Source: a virus
Taxonomy: Duplodnaviria; Caudoviricetes
Direction: 5' to 3' (one strand)
DNA length: 49,652 nucleotides
IMG/VR virus record: IMGVR_UViG_3300027791_000037
Coordinates: 1 to 49,652 of that record
Shown here: positions 16,690-32,000 of the stretch, in pieces
Layout: each line of letters opens with the position of its first letter
Position numbering within the stretch: position 1 is the stretch's first letter
Position numbers and translations under genes: made by a program
Notes under the pieces: model-generated
Database searches by the model: none
What the model was told of the DNA's origin: nothing
What the model saw: the letters and a program-made list of their open reading frames with translations, nothing else

Positions 16690-19600
16690 ATGGCGACAAG
16701 TTCAAGGCAATCAGGATTATTCGGAGTCAATGATTGGAAAGCAATCTATGAAACCTTTCGTGAGGCTGACTTTCGATCCTATGATTATGAGACATTAAGA
16801 AAAAGTTTTATCGACTACCTTCGTCTCTATTATCCTGAGACTTACAACGATTACATTGAAAGTTCAGAGTTTATTGCTCTACTCGATGTTATGGCCTTTA
16901 TGGGTCAAGGTCTTGCTTTTAGAAACGATTTAAACACACGTGAAAATTTCATAGACACAGCCGAACGTAGAGACTCAGTAGTTAAACTTGCAGACTTAGT
17001 TAGTTATACTCCTAAAAGAAATACATGTGCATCAGGGTACTTAAAAGTATCTACAGTAAGAACATCTGAAAGCATAACAGATGCAAATGGAGTTAACTTA
17101 AGTAACGTTCCAATAAGTTGGAATGATCCTTCTAATCAAAATTGGTTAGATCAGATGAATACAGTATTCAATGCGGCTATGGTTGATTCACAAAAAATAG
17201 GTAGACCGGGAAACAGTTCTGAAATCTTAGGTGTAACAACAAGTGAGTATGGAATACAAACACCCACAAACACATTACCAATTGTACCGTTTACTACCAT
17301 AGTTGACGGAACATCAATGAACTTTGAATTAGTAAGTGCAACATCACTTGACCAAGAATATGTATATGAGATTCCACCTGCACCGACTGGTCAACTTAAC
17401 ATGTTATATAGAAATGACAAGTTAGGATTCGGAAGCCCTAACACAGGATTCATGTTCTATTTTAAACAAGGTTCATTACAGCCATACAACTTTAATTTTC
17501 AACAACAGATTTCAAATCAATCGATTAATATTGATATTGAAGGAGTTAATCAGACTGACACATGGCTATATCAAACAAGCCTTGACAACACTACAGGTCT
17601 ATGGAAGCAAGTAGAAAATGTTTATGCAGATGCATACTTACAAACAGAATCAAGTAATAAGAAAATTTTCTCTGTTGGCTCACGTGCAAACGATCAAGTC
17701 ACATACGTATTTGGTGACGGTGTGTTCTCAGAGATGCCCATAGGTAGCTTTAGAGCATATGTAAGATCAAGTAATGCATTAACATATACTATTGACCCTT
17801 CTGAAATGAATGGCGTTGCAGTTTCTATAACATATGTAAGTAGAACAGGAAGAAACGAAACTCTGACAATGAACTTAGCATTACCTGTAACAGTAACAAA
17901 TGCACAAGGTAGAGAATCATTATCCGCAATTAAACAAAGAGCACCTACAAGATACTATACACAAAATCGTATGGTGAACGGAGAAGATTACACAAATTTC
18001 CCTTATACTCTTTATAACTCTATTATTAAATCAAAAGCAATTAATAGAAGTTCTATCGGTGTATCTAAGAATTTAGATTTACTTGACCCAACTGGCAAGT
18101 ATTCAAGTACAAACTCATTCGGAGACGATGGTGCATTGTACCAAGAATCTATTAATGGATTTTTAACACTACAAGCAGATAATACATCAGACATCATTCA
18201 GTTCTTTACAGATGACTTAGCATCAGTTCTTGCATTAAATCGTGCTAATCAATACTATATTCAGAACTATACTCGTTATGCATATCCAGGCACAGGTGGA
18301 GGCACTACTTTATATTGGAAAACAAGTTCTGTAGACTCATCAAGTGAAACAGGATATTTTTATTCATTGTCTGGCGCAATAGAACTGCCACAGCCATTAG
18401 GAACTTTTACAACTACTAATGCAAAGTATGCAACAACAGGAGCATTATTGAAATTTATTGCACCTAATGGTAACTACTTTGATGCAGACAATCGTTTAGT
18501 TGCAGGTGTGCCGACTGGTGGAGAAAAGAATTATATATGGTCAACAGTATTAAATGTTGTTGGCGACGGTAACAACAACGGCGAAGGCAAGTTTGCAAAT
18601 GGTCAAGGCCCAGTTACATTAAATGGCTATGTACCAAACGGAGTAACTGTTACAGAAATTATACCTGTCTTTGATAATTCATTGTCAAGTACAATTATAC
18701 AACAAGCGATTCTTAAAATTGAATTGCAACAAGACTTTACTTTAATCTTTAACAATGCATTGTTAATCAACCAAGAACGTTGGTCAATCGGCGCGGCATC
18801 AAACGCAAACTACTTTGTTAAATTTACAAGTTTAGGAAACAATCGTTATACAATAACTTATAGATCATTAACATATTACTTTGGTAGTGTTGCTGATACT
18901 CGTTTTACTTTTAATAAAAATGAATTAGTATACGATCCGTTTACTGGTAAAATCATACAAGACTTTATTAATGTATTAGGTATTAACACAGTCTTCAATA
19001 GTGCAATGGCATTAGGAGAAGATACAAAAGTTAATATTCTAGGACAGACTGTCGAAAGTGATGGATACGTGAATGACTTCCAAGTAGAAATTGCCGCAAC
19101 TGATGTTAATAACGGACAATTAATTTTAGACCCAGATTTCTTTAATGATATTACTGGTTATGTCAATGCAGGTGCAAACATAGGAGTCTATGTTTTCTTT
19201 AGAACGATTACAGACCCTGTAAACTTAACAAGACAACTTATTGTTCCTAGTAGTGATATTGTTTACACATACGGAACTAAAAATCAAATTGAAATTGTAA
19301 AATATGAATTTGCTGTCGGTCAATTGTTTTATGCATACACTGACAATAAATTTTATAAGTCAGTACAAGATCCTACAGTAACTACTCCGTCATATATTGT
19401 AACACTACAAACAGACTACTCTGTTAAATCGGGTAGACAAGGAATAGACTATCAATATAGACATAATGCCAACAATACAACACGTATTGATCCAGCAACT
19501 ACAAACATTGTTGATTTGTACTTAGTTACTCAAGCATACTATACAGCATATAATAACTATGTTAAAGACACTACATCTACTGTTGTTAAACCAAATCAAC

Positions 19601-20055
19601 CAACACTAAATGAACTAAACACATCATATCCATTGGTACAAGATTATAAAATGCTATCGGATTCAGTCATATTAAATAGTGTTACATTTAAACCCTTGTT
19701 CGGTGCGAAAGCAGATCAATCATTGAGAGCAACTATCAAAGTAGTAAAATCACAGTCAACGAATGCATCTAACAGTGAAATCAGAAGTTCTGTGTTAGCG
19801 GGGATGGATAGTTATTTTGATATTAATAATTGGAACTTCGGCGATACTTTCTTCTTCTCAGAATTGAGTGCGTATCTACATGAACAAATAGGAGAACTAC
19901 TGAGTTCGGTTATACTTGTTTCAGATGATCCAGAAAAACTATTCGGTGATCTTTATGAAATTAAATGTAGACCTTATGAAATATTTGTAAACGCGGCTGT
20001 TACAGAAGATATAGTAATTGTACCCGCATTAACTCCTGCAACAATGCAGTCTTAA
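16690..20055 (+). CDS. Baseplate wedge protein (gp6-like, extended)
   Basis: ENFIDTAERRDSVVKLADLVSYTPKR, FGDG, ESLSAIKQRAP...QNRMVNGEDY; follows gp25. Confidence 0.85.
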   Translation: MATSSRQSGLFGVNDWKAIYETFREADFRSYDYETLRKSFIDYLRLYYPETYNDYIESSEFIALLDVMAFMGQGLAFRNDLNTRENFIDTAERRDSVVKLADLVSYTPKRNTCASGYLKVSTVRTSESITDANGVNLSNVPISWNDPSNQNWLDQMNTVFNAAMVDSQKIGRPGNSSEILGVTTSEYGIQTPTNTLPIVPFTTIVDGTSMNFELVSATSLDQEYVYEIPPAPTGQLNMLYRNDKLGFGSPNTGFMFYFKQGSLQPYNFNFQQQISNQSINIDIEGVNQTDTWLYQTSLDNTTGLWKQVENVYADAYLQTESSNKKIFSVGSRANDQVTYVFGDGVFSEMPIGSFRAYVRSSNALTYTIDPSEMNGVAVSITYVSRTGRNETLTMNLALPVTVTNAQGRESLSAIKQRAPTRYYTQNRMVNGEDYTNFPYTLYNSIIKSKAINRSSIGVSKNLDLLDPTGKYSSTNSFGDDGALYQESINGFLTLQADNTSDIIQFFTDDLASVLALNRANQYYIQNYTRYAYPGTGGGTTLYWKTSSVDSSSETGYFYSLSGAIELPQPLGTFTTTNAKYATTGALLKFIAPNGNYFDADNRLVAGVPTGGEKNYIWSTVLNVVGDGNNNGEGKFANGQGPVTLNGYVPNGVTVTEIIPVFDNSLSSTIIQQAILKIELQQDFTLIFNNALLINQERWSIGAASNANYFVKFTSLGNNRYTITYRSLTYYFGSVADTRFTFNKNELVYDPFTGKIIQDFINVLGINTVFNSAMALGEDTKVNILGQTVESDGYVNDFQVEIAATDVNNGQLILDPDFFNDITGYVNAGANIGVYVFFRTITDPVNLTRQLIVPSSDIVYTYGTKNQIEIVKYEFAVGQLFYAYTDNKFYKSVQDPTVTTPSYIVTLQTDYSVKSGRQGIDYQYRHNANNTTRIDPATTNIVDLYLVTQAYYTAYNNYVKDTTSTVVKPNQPTLNELNTSYPLVQDYKMLSDSVILNSVTFKPLFGAKADQSLRATIKVVKSQSTNASNSEIRSSVLAGMDSYFDINNWNFGDTFFFSELSAYLHEQIGELLSSVILVSDDPEKLFGDLYEIKCRPYEIFVNAAVTEDIVIVPALTPATMQS

Positions 20056-20070
20056 GGTTAAAAGCAAACT

Positions 20071-23000
20071 ATGGCAAAGATCAGAACACTAGAGTTTTTA
20101 CCCGAGATATTTAAAACCTCTACCAACGCACAGTTCTTAGGAGCAACACTAGACCAGCTAGTCAACGAACCCAGTACACAAACGTTACAAGGGTATGTTG
20201 GTAGTAAATTTGGTTACGGTGTCAATGCAAAAGATTACTATGTAACAGAGCCAAACAAAACACGAACAGATTATCAATTATCACCTGGTACTACATTCTT
20301 AAATGAGAATCAATCGACTGCCAAAGATTTCGTATCTTACCCTGAACTAATCGATGCACTTAAACTTAAAGGGGGTGTAACATTAGACAACTCTCGTTTA
20401 TTTAAAAGCGAGTTTTATTCTTGGGATTCATTTACAGACTTAGATAAGTTAATTAACTTTAATCAATACTATTGGATACCAGAAGGTCCTCCAGCAGTCA
20501 CAATTGCATCAGCAACAGTATTTTCAGAATCTGATTATATCGTAACTGACACATCAAACGCATATAGTATTAAAGCATTAGGTGCCGCATCAGGGTCATT
20601 AAATCCTACACTTACTTTGTTACGTGGTGGCTCATATAGATTTGCAGTTAACCAAAAAACTCAGTTTTGGATACAAGGCGTACCCGGAACTTCAGGCCTT
20701 GAAGGAGCACAAGATACTAGACAAATTCTCGGTGTTAACAACAACGGTGCAAACACAGGTTATGTAACATTTACTGTTCCTAGCAGAGAGGCACAAAACG
20801 AATTTTTATTTCCAGGAAGCAACAACGTTGGTGTTGTAAGTACAAAACTATTTTCAGAAGTAAACGGCTTAACAGTAAGTGAAGTAGGAAACATTGACGG
20901 AGTAACTTCATTAGAAGGCTTGACTGTCATGTTCTATCAAACGTCAGAGCCAAATGAAGTAGGCTTTGTTCAATCATTCTTTGATGAGTCAGGTGCAAAC
21001 TATGATGTTAATTTAACATCTCCTGAGATCGTTGCTCCAGTTACTTTAGCAATTGATGAGACAACTGCAACACAACTTAAATTATCATCTGGCACAACAG
21101 CAGATTTAACACAAAATCAAACTGTTACATTTACAGCAGTGCCTAGTAGTGATCCGTTATTAGGTGGATTAGATGTTGATACAATTTACTATGTTAAAGA
21201 CATTATCGATTCAACTTCATTTACAATTTCAGCAACATTAAATGGTACTACTTTAGCGTTGACTCCTCAAACAGGGTCAATGGTTGCAAACATTAACGAA
21301 GGCTTATGGGAAGAAGGCTTCTACACAAACGTTAATGAAAACTTTTATACAATTACGTATGTTGGAGATTCAACAAACCCAACTATTCGTTTAATACCAG
21401 CTGGTGTTATACCAACTGATGAAAAAATTAGTATAGAATTTGGTACAACTTATATTGGGTTAGACTTTTACAGATCACAAACAGGTGAGATACTTAGAAT
21501 ACCTTATCTGTCAGCACTATTAGATACATTATACTACCAAGACGGCACAAATGCAAATAAAGTGGGTAGTATTAAGTTAATCGAAAGTAACTTAACTAAC
21601 ACAGTAAATGTCGATACAGATATTATAGGACAAAAAACATTTACATCTACAAATGGTGTCATATTTACAAACGGATTAAAAGTACAATTCAACGGAGACA
21701 TTATACCATCAAGTTATTTGACTGGTGAATATTATGTACAAGGCGTTGGTGAATCTATTAACTTGATTCCAACAACAGATTTAGTTGTCCCGGAAGATTT
21801 TACTGGCACAAATTATATACCTTATGATACATTAAATTATTCTATAGGTAACTTTGATACAGAGTTGTTTATTCCCGTAGACCAAGATTATATTACTATA
21901 GGTAGAAACTCTATCAATAGAAATTCATGGTCACGTTCTAACAGATGGTTCCATGTTGATGTTATCAATGCAACTGCTGATTACAACAATGACCCAACTA
22001 TCGTTACTACATATGCAACAGGTAAGAACAAAGCAAAACGTCCTATCATTGAGTTTTATCCAAACTTAAAACTATTTGATGCTGGTACAATTGCTAAATT
22101 ACCGGTCGACTTTATAGACACAAGAACAACAAATGCATTTGAGCAAGTTGCAAATAAAAAACAATACTATCCTGACATCGAAACGTATACAAGTTATACA
22201 GCATCGATCACAGGTGTAACAGGAACAAGTACAACGATTACTATTCCGACAACAGACATCTATAATACATTTGCTACAGGCATGTACATTACAGATTCTA
22301 ACTTTGCGTTACCGAACAACACACAAATTACTGATGTTAGTGTATCAGGAGTCAATACTGTTTTAACAGTTTCTTTTGCTAACTCTACAGTTGTTGGACA
22401 AACAAATGTTTCAATCGTTGGTAGTGACACTACAGTTAATAACTACGAATTGTTTTCTGGTGCAAGAGTCATCTTTACAGCAGATACAAATGCAGAAGTT
22501 AAAAATAAAATTTATGTTGTAGGCTTCTCAACGATTACATTCGGATCAGCGCCAGTCATCACACTAACTGAATCAGAAGATTCACCTTGTCTAGTAGATG
22601 ATCAAACAGTAGCACTTAGAGGATATAATTATCAAGGCTCTACATTTTGGTTCAACGGAACAGTATGGGACGAAGCACAACAAAAACTGACAGTCAATCA
22701 AGCACCTAATTTTGACATCTATGATAAAAATGGAATCTCGTTTGGAGATGCTACAGTCTATCAAGGCACATCTTTCTTAGGAAATAAACTATTTGCTTAT
22801 GGCAGAGGCACTGGTGCAAACGATGCAGTGTTAGGTTTCCCAATACGTTACTCAGCAGTAGATAACGTAGGTGATATTAGTTTTGATTGTTCTCTCAATG
22901 TTGACTCATTCTCATATGTTACTGGAACAACTCCGGTCACTTCAAAAGTTAATACAGGTTATGTGTTTGATTATTCAACACGTACAACGAAAACACGTGA

Positions 23001-26000
23001 ATTAGGTTGGCAAACAGCAGTTGCCCCCTCAGTTCAATATCAAATATTTGAACTAGAATATACTAAAGGGACCACAGCCGAATTCACGTGTGACGTTGCA
23101 GTTCTTCCAATAGACACTACAGTTGATTCATGGCCTAGAATTCAAGTATATGTTAATAACATATATCAATTGGAAACTACTTACACAATTACTGAAACTG
23201 ATACGACTACAAAAATTACATTGAATACTGCACCAACAGTAGACACACCTATTCAGATATTAGTACTCAGTAAACAAACATCTAAAACTGCTTATTATAG
23301 CATACCTATAAATTTAAGCAACAACCCGTTCAATACTGATTTAGAGATTGCAGACATTGGTGACATTAGATCACAATACCAAGACATCTTTGTTAATAAC
23401 CCAAACTCAGCTGGAACGATATTCGGGATTAACAATTTAAGAGACTTGGGAAACTTAGTACCATACGGAACAAAGATTATTCAAAACTCTGCTCCAGTTG
23501 TTTTGCCGAGTGTATTCTTACGTAAATCAGAACACAATTTATTTGATGCATTACAATTTAATTCAAGTCAGTATGTGCAATATAAACAGCAACTTGTTAA
23601 GACTGTCAATGATACTGATTGGGCACAAAGATTTAACCCGAGTTATATTTTAGATACAGCATTAGAAACTATGGTGTCAGCAAAATCAGAAGGTGATTCA
23701 TTCTTCTGGTCTGATATGATACCATCACAAGCACCATACAAGACAAATACATATACGTTTGCTAATGCATTACAAGAATCAATTTATCCTTTAACACAAA
23801 CGTATAACTTTAAAACAGCAAACTATAAAGGAGTGCTTGTTTATCTTACTCGTACAACTAGTGGTGTAACAAAGACAACACAGTTGATCAGAGACGTAGA
23901 TTATATAGTATCAACAACTGCACCTTCACTAACAGTAACTAAAGATTTAATTGCAGGTGATGTAGTTACGATTAAAGAATACAATCAGACATATGGAAAC
24001 TTTGTACCGAATACTCCTACTAAGTTAGGACTATATCCAAAGTGGAAACCAGAAGTTGTATTAGATCCTAACTATTCAGTTCCTACATATATGCTTAGAG
24101 GGCATGACGGCTCTTACACATCTCTTTATACACTAAACTATACGCCAGCAACAGGGCTAACAGATTTTAGAGATCAAGCATTATTAGAATTTGAAACTAG
24201 AATCTATAATAATATTAAATTAAGTACAGTAGTTCCTATTGAACGTTATGAAGTATTACCTGGATTCTTTAGAGAGTCTACATACTCAAGTGCTGACTTC
24301 TTAAAAATTTACGGCTCGCAATTTTTAAACTGGGCCGGACAAAACAGAATTGATTACAAAACTCAAACAGGTTATACATCAGCAGATAAGTTTAGTTATA
24401 ACTATTATCAATCAGCAAACAAGTTAACAAATACAGTTATCGATCAGGGTTACTGGAGAGGAGTATATGAATACTTCTACGGTACATCTCAGCCAAACAT
24501 TGCACCATGGGAGATGTTAGGCTTCTCTGAAATGCCAACTTGGTGGACTGCTCAATATGGAGCCGCACCTTACACAAACTCAAATGGTGTCATGTGGGCA
24601 GACATAGAAGCAGGTATCATTTACAACACTGGTGGAACAACTAGTGTTACGGTTGACGAATTAAAACGTCCTGGCTTAAGTACAATTCTTCCAGTTGATG
24701 ATCATGGTGATCTTTTATCTCCATTCGATGCAATCGTAGGAAACTATGATGCTAACACATTCAAACGTGACTGGAAAGTAGGAGACGATGCACCAGCAGA
24801 GTTCTCATATAGAAGAAGTTCTTCTTACCCATTTGACTTGATGCGAATCTTTGCATTGACTAGACCAGCAGAGTTCTTTAACTTAAGTGCTGACTTAGAC
24901 AATTACAAGTATAACACAGAATTCAAACAATATCTAGTAAATGATAGAAGTCATTTAGATATTGGTGCTATTCAAATCTATGGTAATGGCACAGCAAAAA
25001 CAAGTTATATAAATTGGATCGTTGATTTTGAAAAGCAACAAGGTGTAGATGCAACAACAGAAATTACAACTTTATTAGATAACTTAGATGTACGTTTAGT
25101 ATATAGACTTGCAGGTTTCAGTGATAAGGCATTATTAAAATTCTTTGTAGAGAAAGCAACACCTAACTCTGACAATTCATCACTTTTAATACCAGATGAA
25201 AGTTATGCTGTATTATTGCATGACAATCAACCTAACGATCAATTAAAATTTTCAAGTGTTATAATTCAAGTTGTATCAAATGGTTGGAAAGTATTTGGTA
25301 ACTCGCAAACACAAGCATATTTTACAACTGATACTCCAATATCAAATGGTAAAACAACATCAATTGAAGTAGATGATTATACAGTTAAGGTCGCAGATAA
25401 TTACTCTACGACTGAACGAGAAGAATTGATTGTTCCTTACGGTACACAGTTTTATACGTATCAAGCACTCTCACAATTCTTAGCAAGTTACGGTGCATGG
25501 TTAGAACGCAAAGGTATGGTGTTCGATAATATCGAAAATGGTATTGAACTCAATTGGAATGTAATGATCAAAGAATATTTGTATTGGTCACAGTTCAATT
25601 GGGAACTTGGATCATTGATTACAGTTAATCCATCCGCACAAGATTTTAAAATTCAAAAAGAAAGTGACATTGTTCAGCCATTGACAATCGAACAAGAAAA
25701 CTTCTTATTGAATCAGAATTTATATCCTATTGCAATTAAAGATTTAGCAATAGAAAGATTAGACACTAAGTTTCATGTAAAAACATTGAACTCCGGTGAT
25801 GTCATGGCATATGGTCAATTTAATTTGAGCAATATTGAACATGGTGTTGTGTTTGATAATAACACACTCTTTAATGATGTCATTTATAACCTAATTACAG
25901 GTCTCAGACAGAATCGTATTTACTTACGAGGTACTAAGACTGCTGAATGGAACGGAACTGTCAATGCTTCTGGGTTTATTCTTAACCAAGACAATGTTTA

Positions 26001-29000
26001 TGAATGGAAGCCTGCATATAAATATGCAAAAGGCGAGATAGTCAAATACAAAAACAAATTTTTTACAGCAAATAAAACGATTGAATCAGCCGCTAAGTTT
26101 GAAGAAACTAATTGGGTAGAAACAGATTACAACGATATACAAAAAGGCTTATTACCTAACTCTGCGACACGTTCATATGAAAGCACACTGTATTACAACA
26201 GTAACACAGCAAACTTAGAAAAGGATGCAGATCAATTATCATTCTCTCTAATTGGGTTTAGACCTAGAGATTATCTCTCTAGTGTAAATCTATCAGACAT
26301 TACACAAGTTAATGTTTATAAAAACTTAATTAAATTAAAAGGTACAACAAATGCAGTATCTGCATTTAAAGGAACTACGTTATCAACTGGCGGAATTAAT
26401 TATGATGTTTATGAGAACTGGGCTATTCTTTCCGGAGAGTTCGGTGGAACACTAAACAGTAACTTTGTAGACTTTAAACTTAATGAAGCAAAACTGACAG
26501 GCAATCCTGGTATCGTATCGTTAACAGAAGGTACCCCTACTTTTGGTGCTCAACAAGAAGTATCAGTTCACAACTTATTTAACTATGCAAGGCCTATAGA
26601 CGGACCCAATATCTTATCTACATTAACGAAAGAAGATCCGTTAAGTCTTTACCCAACAGCAGGGTACGTTAACTATGACGATGTTAAGATGGCCGCTTAC
26701 TACTATAATGATTTAGGACTACGAGCAGTCAATAGTAACGGAAAACAAATACCAATACAAGACTTTTATGTAAGAGATTACATGTGGATAGCAAACTTCA
26801 AAGAACAATGGAGAGTTTATTCAATCAAACCTGTCGGAAGAGTAATAAACGTTACACCAAATACAAACAACACAACTACAATTACATTTGCTGAAAGACA
26901 CGGATTATCAAAACTTGATCCAGTATCATTTATAAATGTTGCACCTAACGTAGACGGTTATTATCTTGTAACAACTGTTAATAATCTAACAGAAATTACA
27001 ATTAACTTATCGTTAGAAGAACCGCCTACTATATTAGATGGCAATGGTTTAGGATTAACATTTGTTAATCAACGTGTAGCACAACCAGCAGACATTGCAG
27101 ACTTAGACTTAAATGAAGCAGAGTTCTCAAAGAACACAGTTTGGGTAGACGAAGCAAGTGATGGCAACTGGGGTGTATATCAAAAGTCAATCAACTATAG
27201 TTTAACAAAGAATTTAAATCGTGCTGACGGACAAACATTCGGTAGTGCTGTAGCATATACTCCTAGAATGGGTTACCTAATAGGTGATTCATCAGCAGGC
27301 AAAGTTTATCGTTATGGTTATAATACTACGACTGGTAACTTTGACGAAGATACTGGAAGTCTTCTAACTGGTGGAACCTCATTTGGTACAGCAATTGCTT
27401 ACTCTAAGAATCTATTTGTAATCAGTGAGCCAGCAACTACAACAGGTGCATTCGGATCATCAACACTTAGAATTTATACATTAAACGATACTGTTTTATC
27501 AGATGATATTACATTGTTGCAAACATTTACTGGTCCAGAAGGTGCAGGCACAAGTCTTGCAATAAGTGATGACCAAGAGTGGATATATTCAGGTAGTCCA
27601 CTGTCTAATCAAATAGAAGTTTACAATAGACAACACATACCTTTAAATGCAGGCTTCTTTACAATTGGTGAAACATATACAATTACAAGCGTAGGCACAA
27701 CAGACTTTAAAGCACTCGGTGCACTAGATGATAAAGTAGGCATTGTCTTTAATGCAACCGGTGTTGGAACAGGCACTGGTACAGCAGATCAAATCTCTTA
27801 TGTAGAACTAGCAGAAATTGAAGGTACAGCCGCTCCAGTAAGTGCAGTAGCAGGCGACAACTTTGGCTTCTCTGTAAGTTGCGATAGTAACGGAGACACT
27901 ATATCAATAGGTGCTCCAAATACAAAATCTCCCACTACAAAAGAAAAATGGGGAACAAACTATGTGTACTCACGTTTAGTACAAAACATAGAATCACAGT
28001 ATACAGCAATTCCTAATCAACCACAACATTATCCACTAGCATGGGACACAGTATTCTCTGCTAGAACTGCAACTGCGGTAGCATCAAACGTAATTACATT
28101 TACAGGTACTGCAATAGATGCAACATTTACAAATACATCTGTAGCATTCAATGAAGGTGGATCATTCGGTAACTCAGGTATTACACCAAACAAAGTTTAC
28201 TACATGCAGTATGTATCTGCACAAACATTCTCACTTAAAGAGAGTAGATCAACTAATGCAGTCATAACACTCATAGACGAACCTAGTGTCACATTTAGTA
28301 TCTTCCCGCAAATTGAATCATTGCTAGTTAAAGTTAACGGAACATTTGTTAATGACAACAACTATGCAGTTGGTGGCGGACAACTAGACTTTAGATACTT
28401 TGGAGATATTAGAGCCGGCGATATTATTACTGTTAGTTCTCGTAACATTCAATGGGTACAATCAATGATACCTGATGCTGATGACAGAGTAGGAGTACAA
28501 TTAGGTTACGCAACTGACATGACTTCATATGGTAGTGAAATATTGATGGGTGCACCCGGCGAGATAAGAATTGACGGGGCAAAACAAACAGACGGATCAG
28601 TTTACAGATATACAAACGGTGGCGGCAAGTACGGCACAGTAATCGGTACAGGCGTAACTGCTTTGACTACAGAAACTAAATTATTAATTAACGGTTATCT
28701 TGTAGTGTTGCCATCTGGATCAAACGCAAGTCAATGTTCTAGTTTAATTAATCAGTATGGTATTACAAATGTAACTTCAAGTGCAACTGCTGATGGTAAA
28801 CTAATTATTTCAACTATCAATACAAGTCTAGCATTAGTAAATGAAAAACTATTGTTACAAGCACCGTCAACTACTGCATTTGCTGAACTAGGTTTTGCAA
28901 TTTATGATAAGACACAAGTAATCATTGCACCTCACAACGTAAGCAGAACATTGTTTGGTAACACAATCAAATTTGATGAGAGTGATTCAGTAGTAATCTC

Positions 29001-32000
29001 TGCTCCGGTATCAACAAGATTCTTAGGAACTACATTTGATTTTATTGACGATGAGAACTTAGATAACGATACAATTTTCGACAACAATGCAACTCGTTTT
29101 GTTGACACATGGGATAGTGCAGGCGCAGTTTACATGTATGACTATCTTGCAAACTACAATGGATCAATTGCTGATCCAGGTAAGTTTGTTTACGCACAGA
29201 ATTTAAATAGCCAAGATCAGAACTATGGCTTTGAACCACAATACGGAACAGCATTAGACTTTACTAATAATCAAGTTATTATTGGTACCCCTAACTTAAG
29301 TTATGGCAACCTAGAAGGACAAATTACATTATTCCAGAACTCTGGAACTGCTAAAGATTGGTCTCTTTATAGACAAACATCAGCAATCGTAGATATTAAT
29401 AGAATACAAAACTCGCAGATTTATAGTGCGGAAACTAATGACACATTAATCAATTTAGATTATATGGATCCAATGCAAGAAAAACTATTAGGATCAGTTA
29501 GAGAAAATATTGACTATGTTAATAGTGTAGATCCTGCAACATATAATAGTGAGATAGGTGGAGTAAATGCAGGTCTTGTTTGGGGAGCACCGCAAACTGG
29601 AAAGATTTGGTTTGATACTTCTCGTACTAGATGGTTAAACTATCATCAAAATGATGTTACGTATAATGCTAGACATTGGGGAAGAGTCTTTCCTGGATCA
29701 AATGTATCATGTTATACATGGGTTAAGTCAACAGTAACACCTGCACAATATCAAGGTCCGGGTATACCAAAAGCAAATACACAATATAGTGTTGAAGCAG
29801 ATTTAAATGCATCTAATACAGTAACAACTTGTTACTACTTCTGGGTACGTGATACTAATATTGTCAACAGTGAAATAGATAAAACATTAAGTGATACTAC
29901 CTTGCAACAGTATATTACTAATCCTAGTAGATCAGGTGTTGCGTTCTTTGCACCATTATTACAAAATACATTTGCATTATATAACACACAATCATATATT
30001 AATACTACTGATAGTGTATTTCATATAGGCTTTGCAGTAGGTAACAATGACGATCCTTCTCACCAAGAATTTAATTTAATTAAAGACGGACTAGCAGATG
30101 ACTTCTTACCAGGTCTACCTAAGTTCGGTCCGCAAACTTCAACTAATAGACCAGAAGGTCTTTATGATCGTCTACTAGATTCATTGTCAGGTGTCGATGA
30201 AGTTGGCGAAGTTGTACCTAATCCATATTTACCAAAAGCAGTTCAGTCTGGCGTACTTGCTAGACCAAGACAGAGTTTCTTCTTTAGTAGATTCTTAGGA
30301 TTAGAAAACTATTTAGAATATGCAAACAAAGTTCTTGCAGAGTATCCAATAGCAGAGACTAGACAGGATGCTACATACTTATTTGCAACTGGAACATATT
30401 ACGATACATCAGATTACTGGTCGTATGTCAACTGGTGGTTACCGACAACTAACCCTGCTGGCCAATATAATAACAATACTAAGTCAACAGTTTCTGTTGC
30501 AATTTATGCAGACCTTGCTAAACTCGATGTAGTAACAAAAACAATTGCTACAGTTGAAGCAAACGGCGACGGCAAATGGGAAATGTATCGTTATGACGGC
30601 AACGATGTTTGGACACGTATCGGTTTAGAAAACGGCACAATCAAGTTTAATCTTTATCTTTGGAATTATGCATCAGGCAAAACAGGCTTCGGCGACAACT
30701 TCTTTGATACTGCATCATTTGATGAATACCCAAGTGAAGAAACACGCTGGATCATTCGTGCATTAAATGAACAAATTTACATTGATGAATTAGTAGCATT
30801 TAGAAACACATCTTTGATTATCTTATTTGAATATATTCAAAGTGAGACAGATGAATCACAAAACTACTTGCCTTGGTTAAACAAGACATCATTAGTGGAC
30901 GTATCACACGTTATTAGAGAACTAAAACCGATTCAGAACTATCAACAAGATAACCAAGAGTTCTTGTCAGGATATATTAATGAAGCAAAACCTTATCACG
31001 TAGTTATTAAAGACTTCTTGTTTAAGTATACAGGTATAGATACATATCAAGGCAATATAACTGACTTTGATCTACCTGCTGAATGGAACGAAACAACTCA
31101 ATCTTATATTTCTCCTCAATTAGTATATGCAAATGTAGATACAGATGAAGAATATTTACCAACTAACGCATTATGGCAAACATCACCTTATTCTAATTGG
31201 TATAATAATTACGGCTTGTCAATTATTGGACAGACTGATTATCAAATTACAGAATTAAACGAATACATTACAATTGGTTCAGTTGTTGCAATGGTAGACA
31301 ATGCATCAGGCTTCCCAATTAACGGCACAATACAAATTGGTAAAGAAATTATAAGTTACTCTTTTGTAGATCGTGCTTTAAATATTCTAGGTGGACTACA
31401 ACGAGGGTTAAACGGAACAGAACCAACAACGCATCTACCAGGTGCTCAAATTATTATAGATTTACCTTCAGTGGTAATACTTGACGGTGGAAAGAATTAT
31501 ATTGAGCCGCCCAAGATAACAGCATACATTGATTTAACGAAATACCCAGCACCGAGAGTTGAAGCACAACTTGAAGCAGTGATGAGTGTTGATAGTGTAA
31601 TCAGTGTGAACGTAATAAATCCCGGAGAAGGGTATGCTGTGTTACCAGAAATTAGAATTGCACCAGCAGAACAATTGTTCTTTACAAATGCAGATATAAA
31701 TTCTACATTGCATACAATTAAACTGTTTGCTCCTAGTCTAGCAACTGGTAACTTAATACAATATAAAGATGATGCTGTATCTGGAGCAGAAGTCACTCGA
31801 CTTGTTAATAATCAATGGTATTACATTAATGTATTAGAAACTACTCCTACTACAGTTATTGCTTTGTATACAAGTTATGATGATGCAGTTAACCAAATAA
31901 ACAGAGTTCAATTTACTGCTGGAACAACTGACGGAGACTTTGCATTAAACGTAGGTGCTAAAGCATCTGCTATTTCAAGTTCAAGACCTACAAGAGAAAA

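Noticed and set aside
8878-20055. Bacterial T6SS, tailocin or eCIS locus
   Set aside because: The linked gp55, gp46/gp47 and resolvase genes and the TAAATA late promoters indicate a lytic T4-like phage genome.
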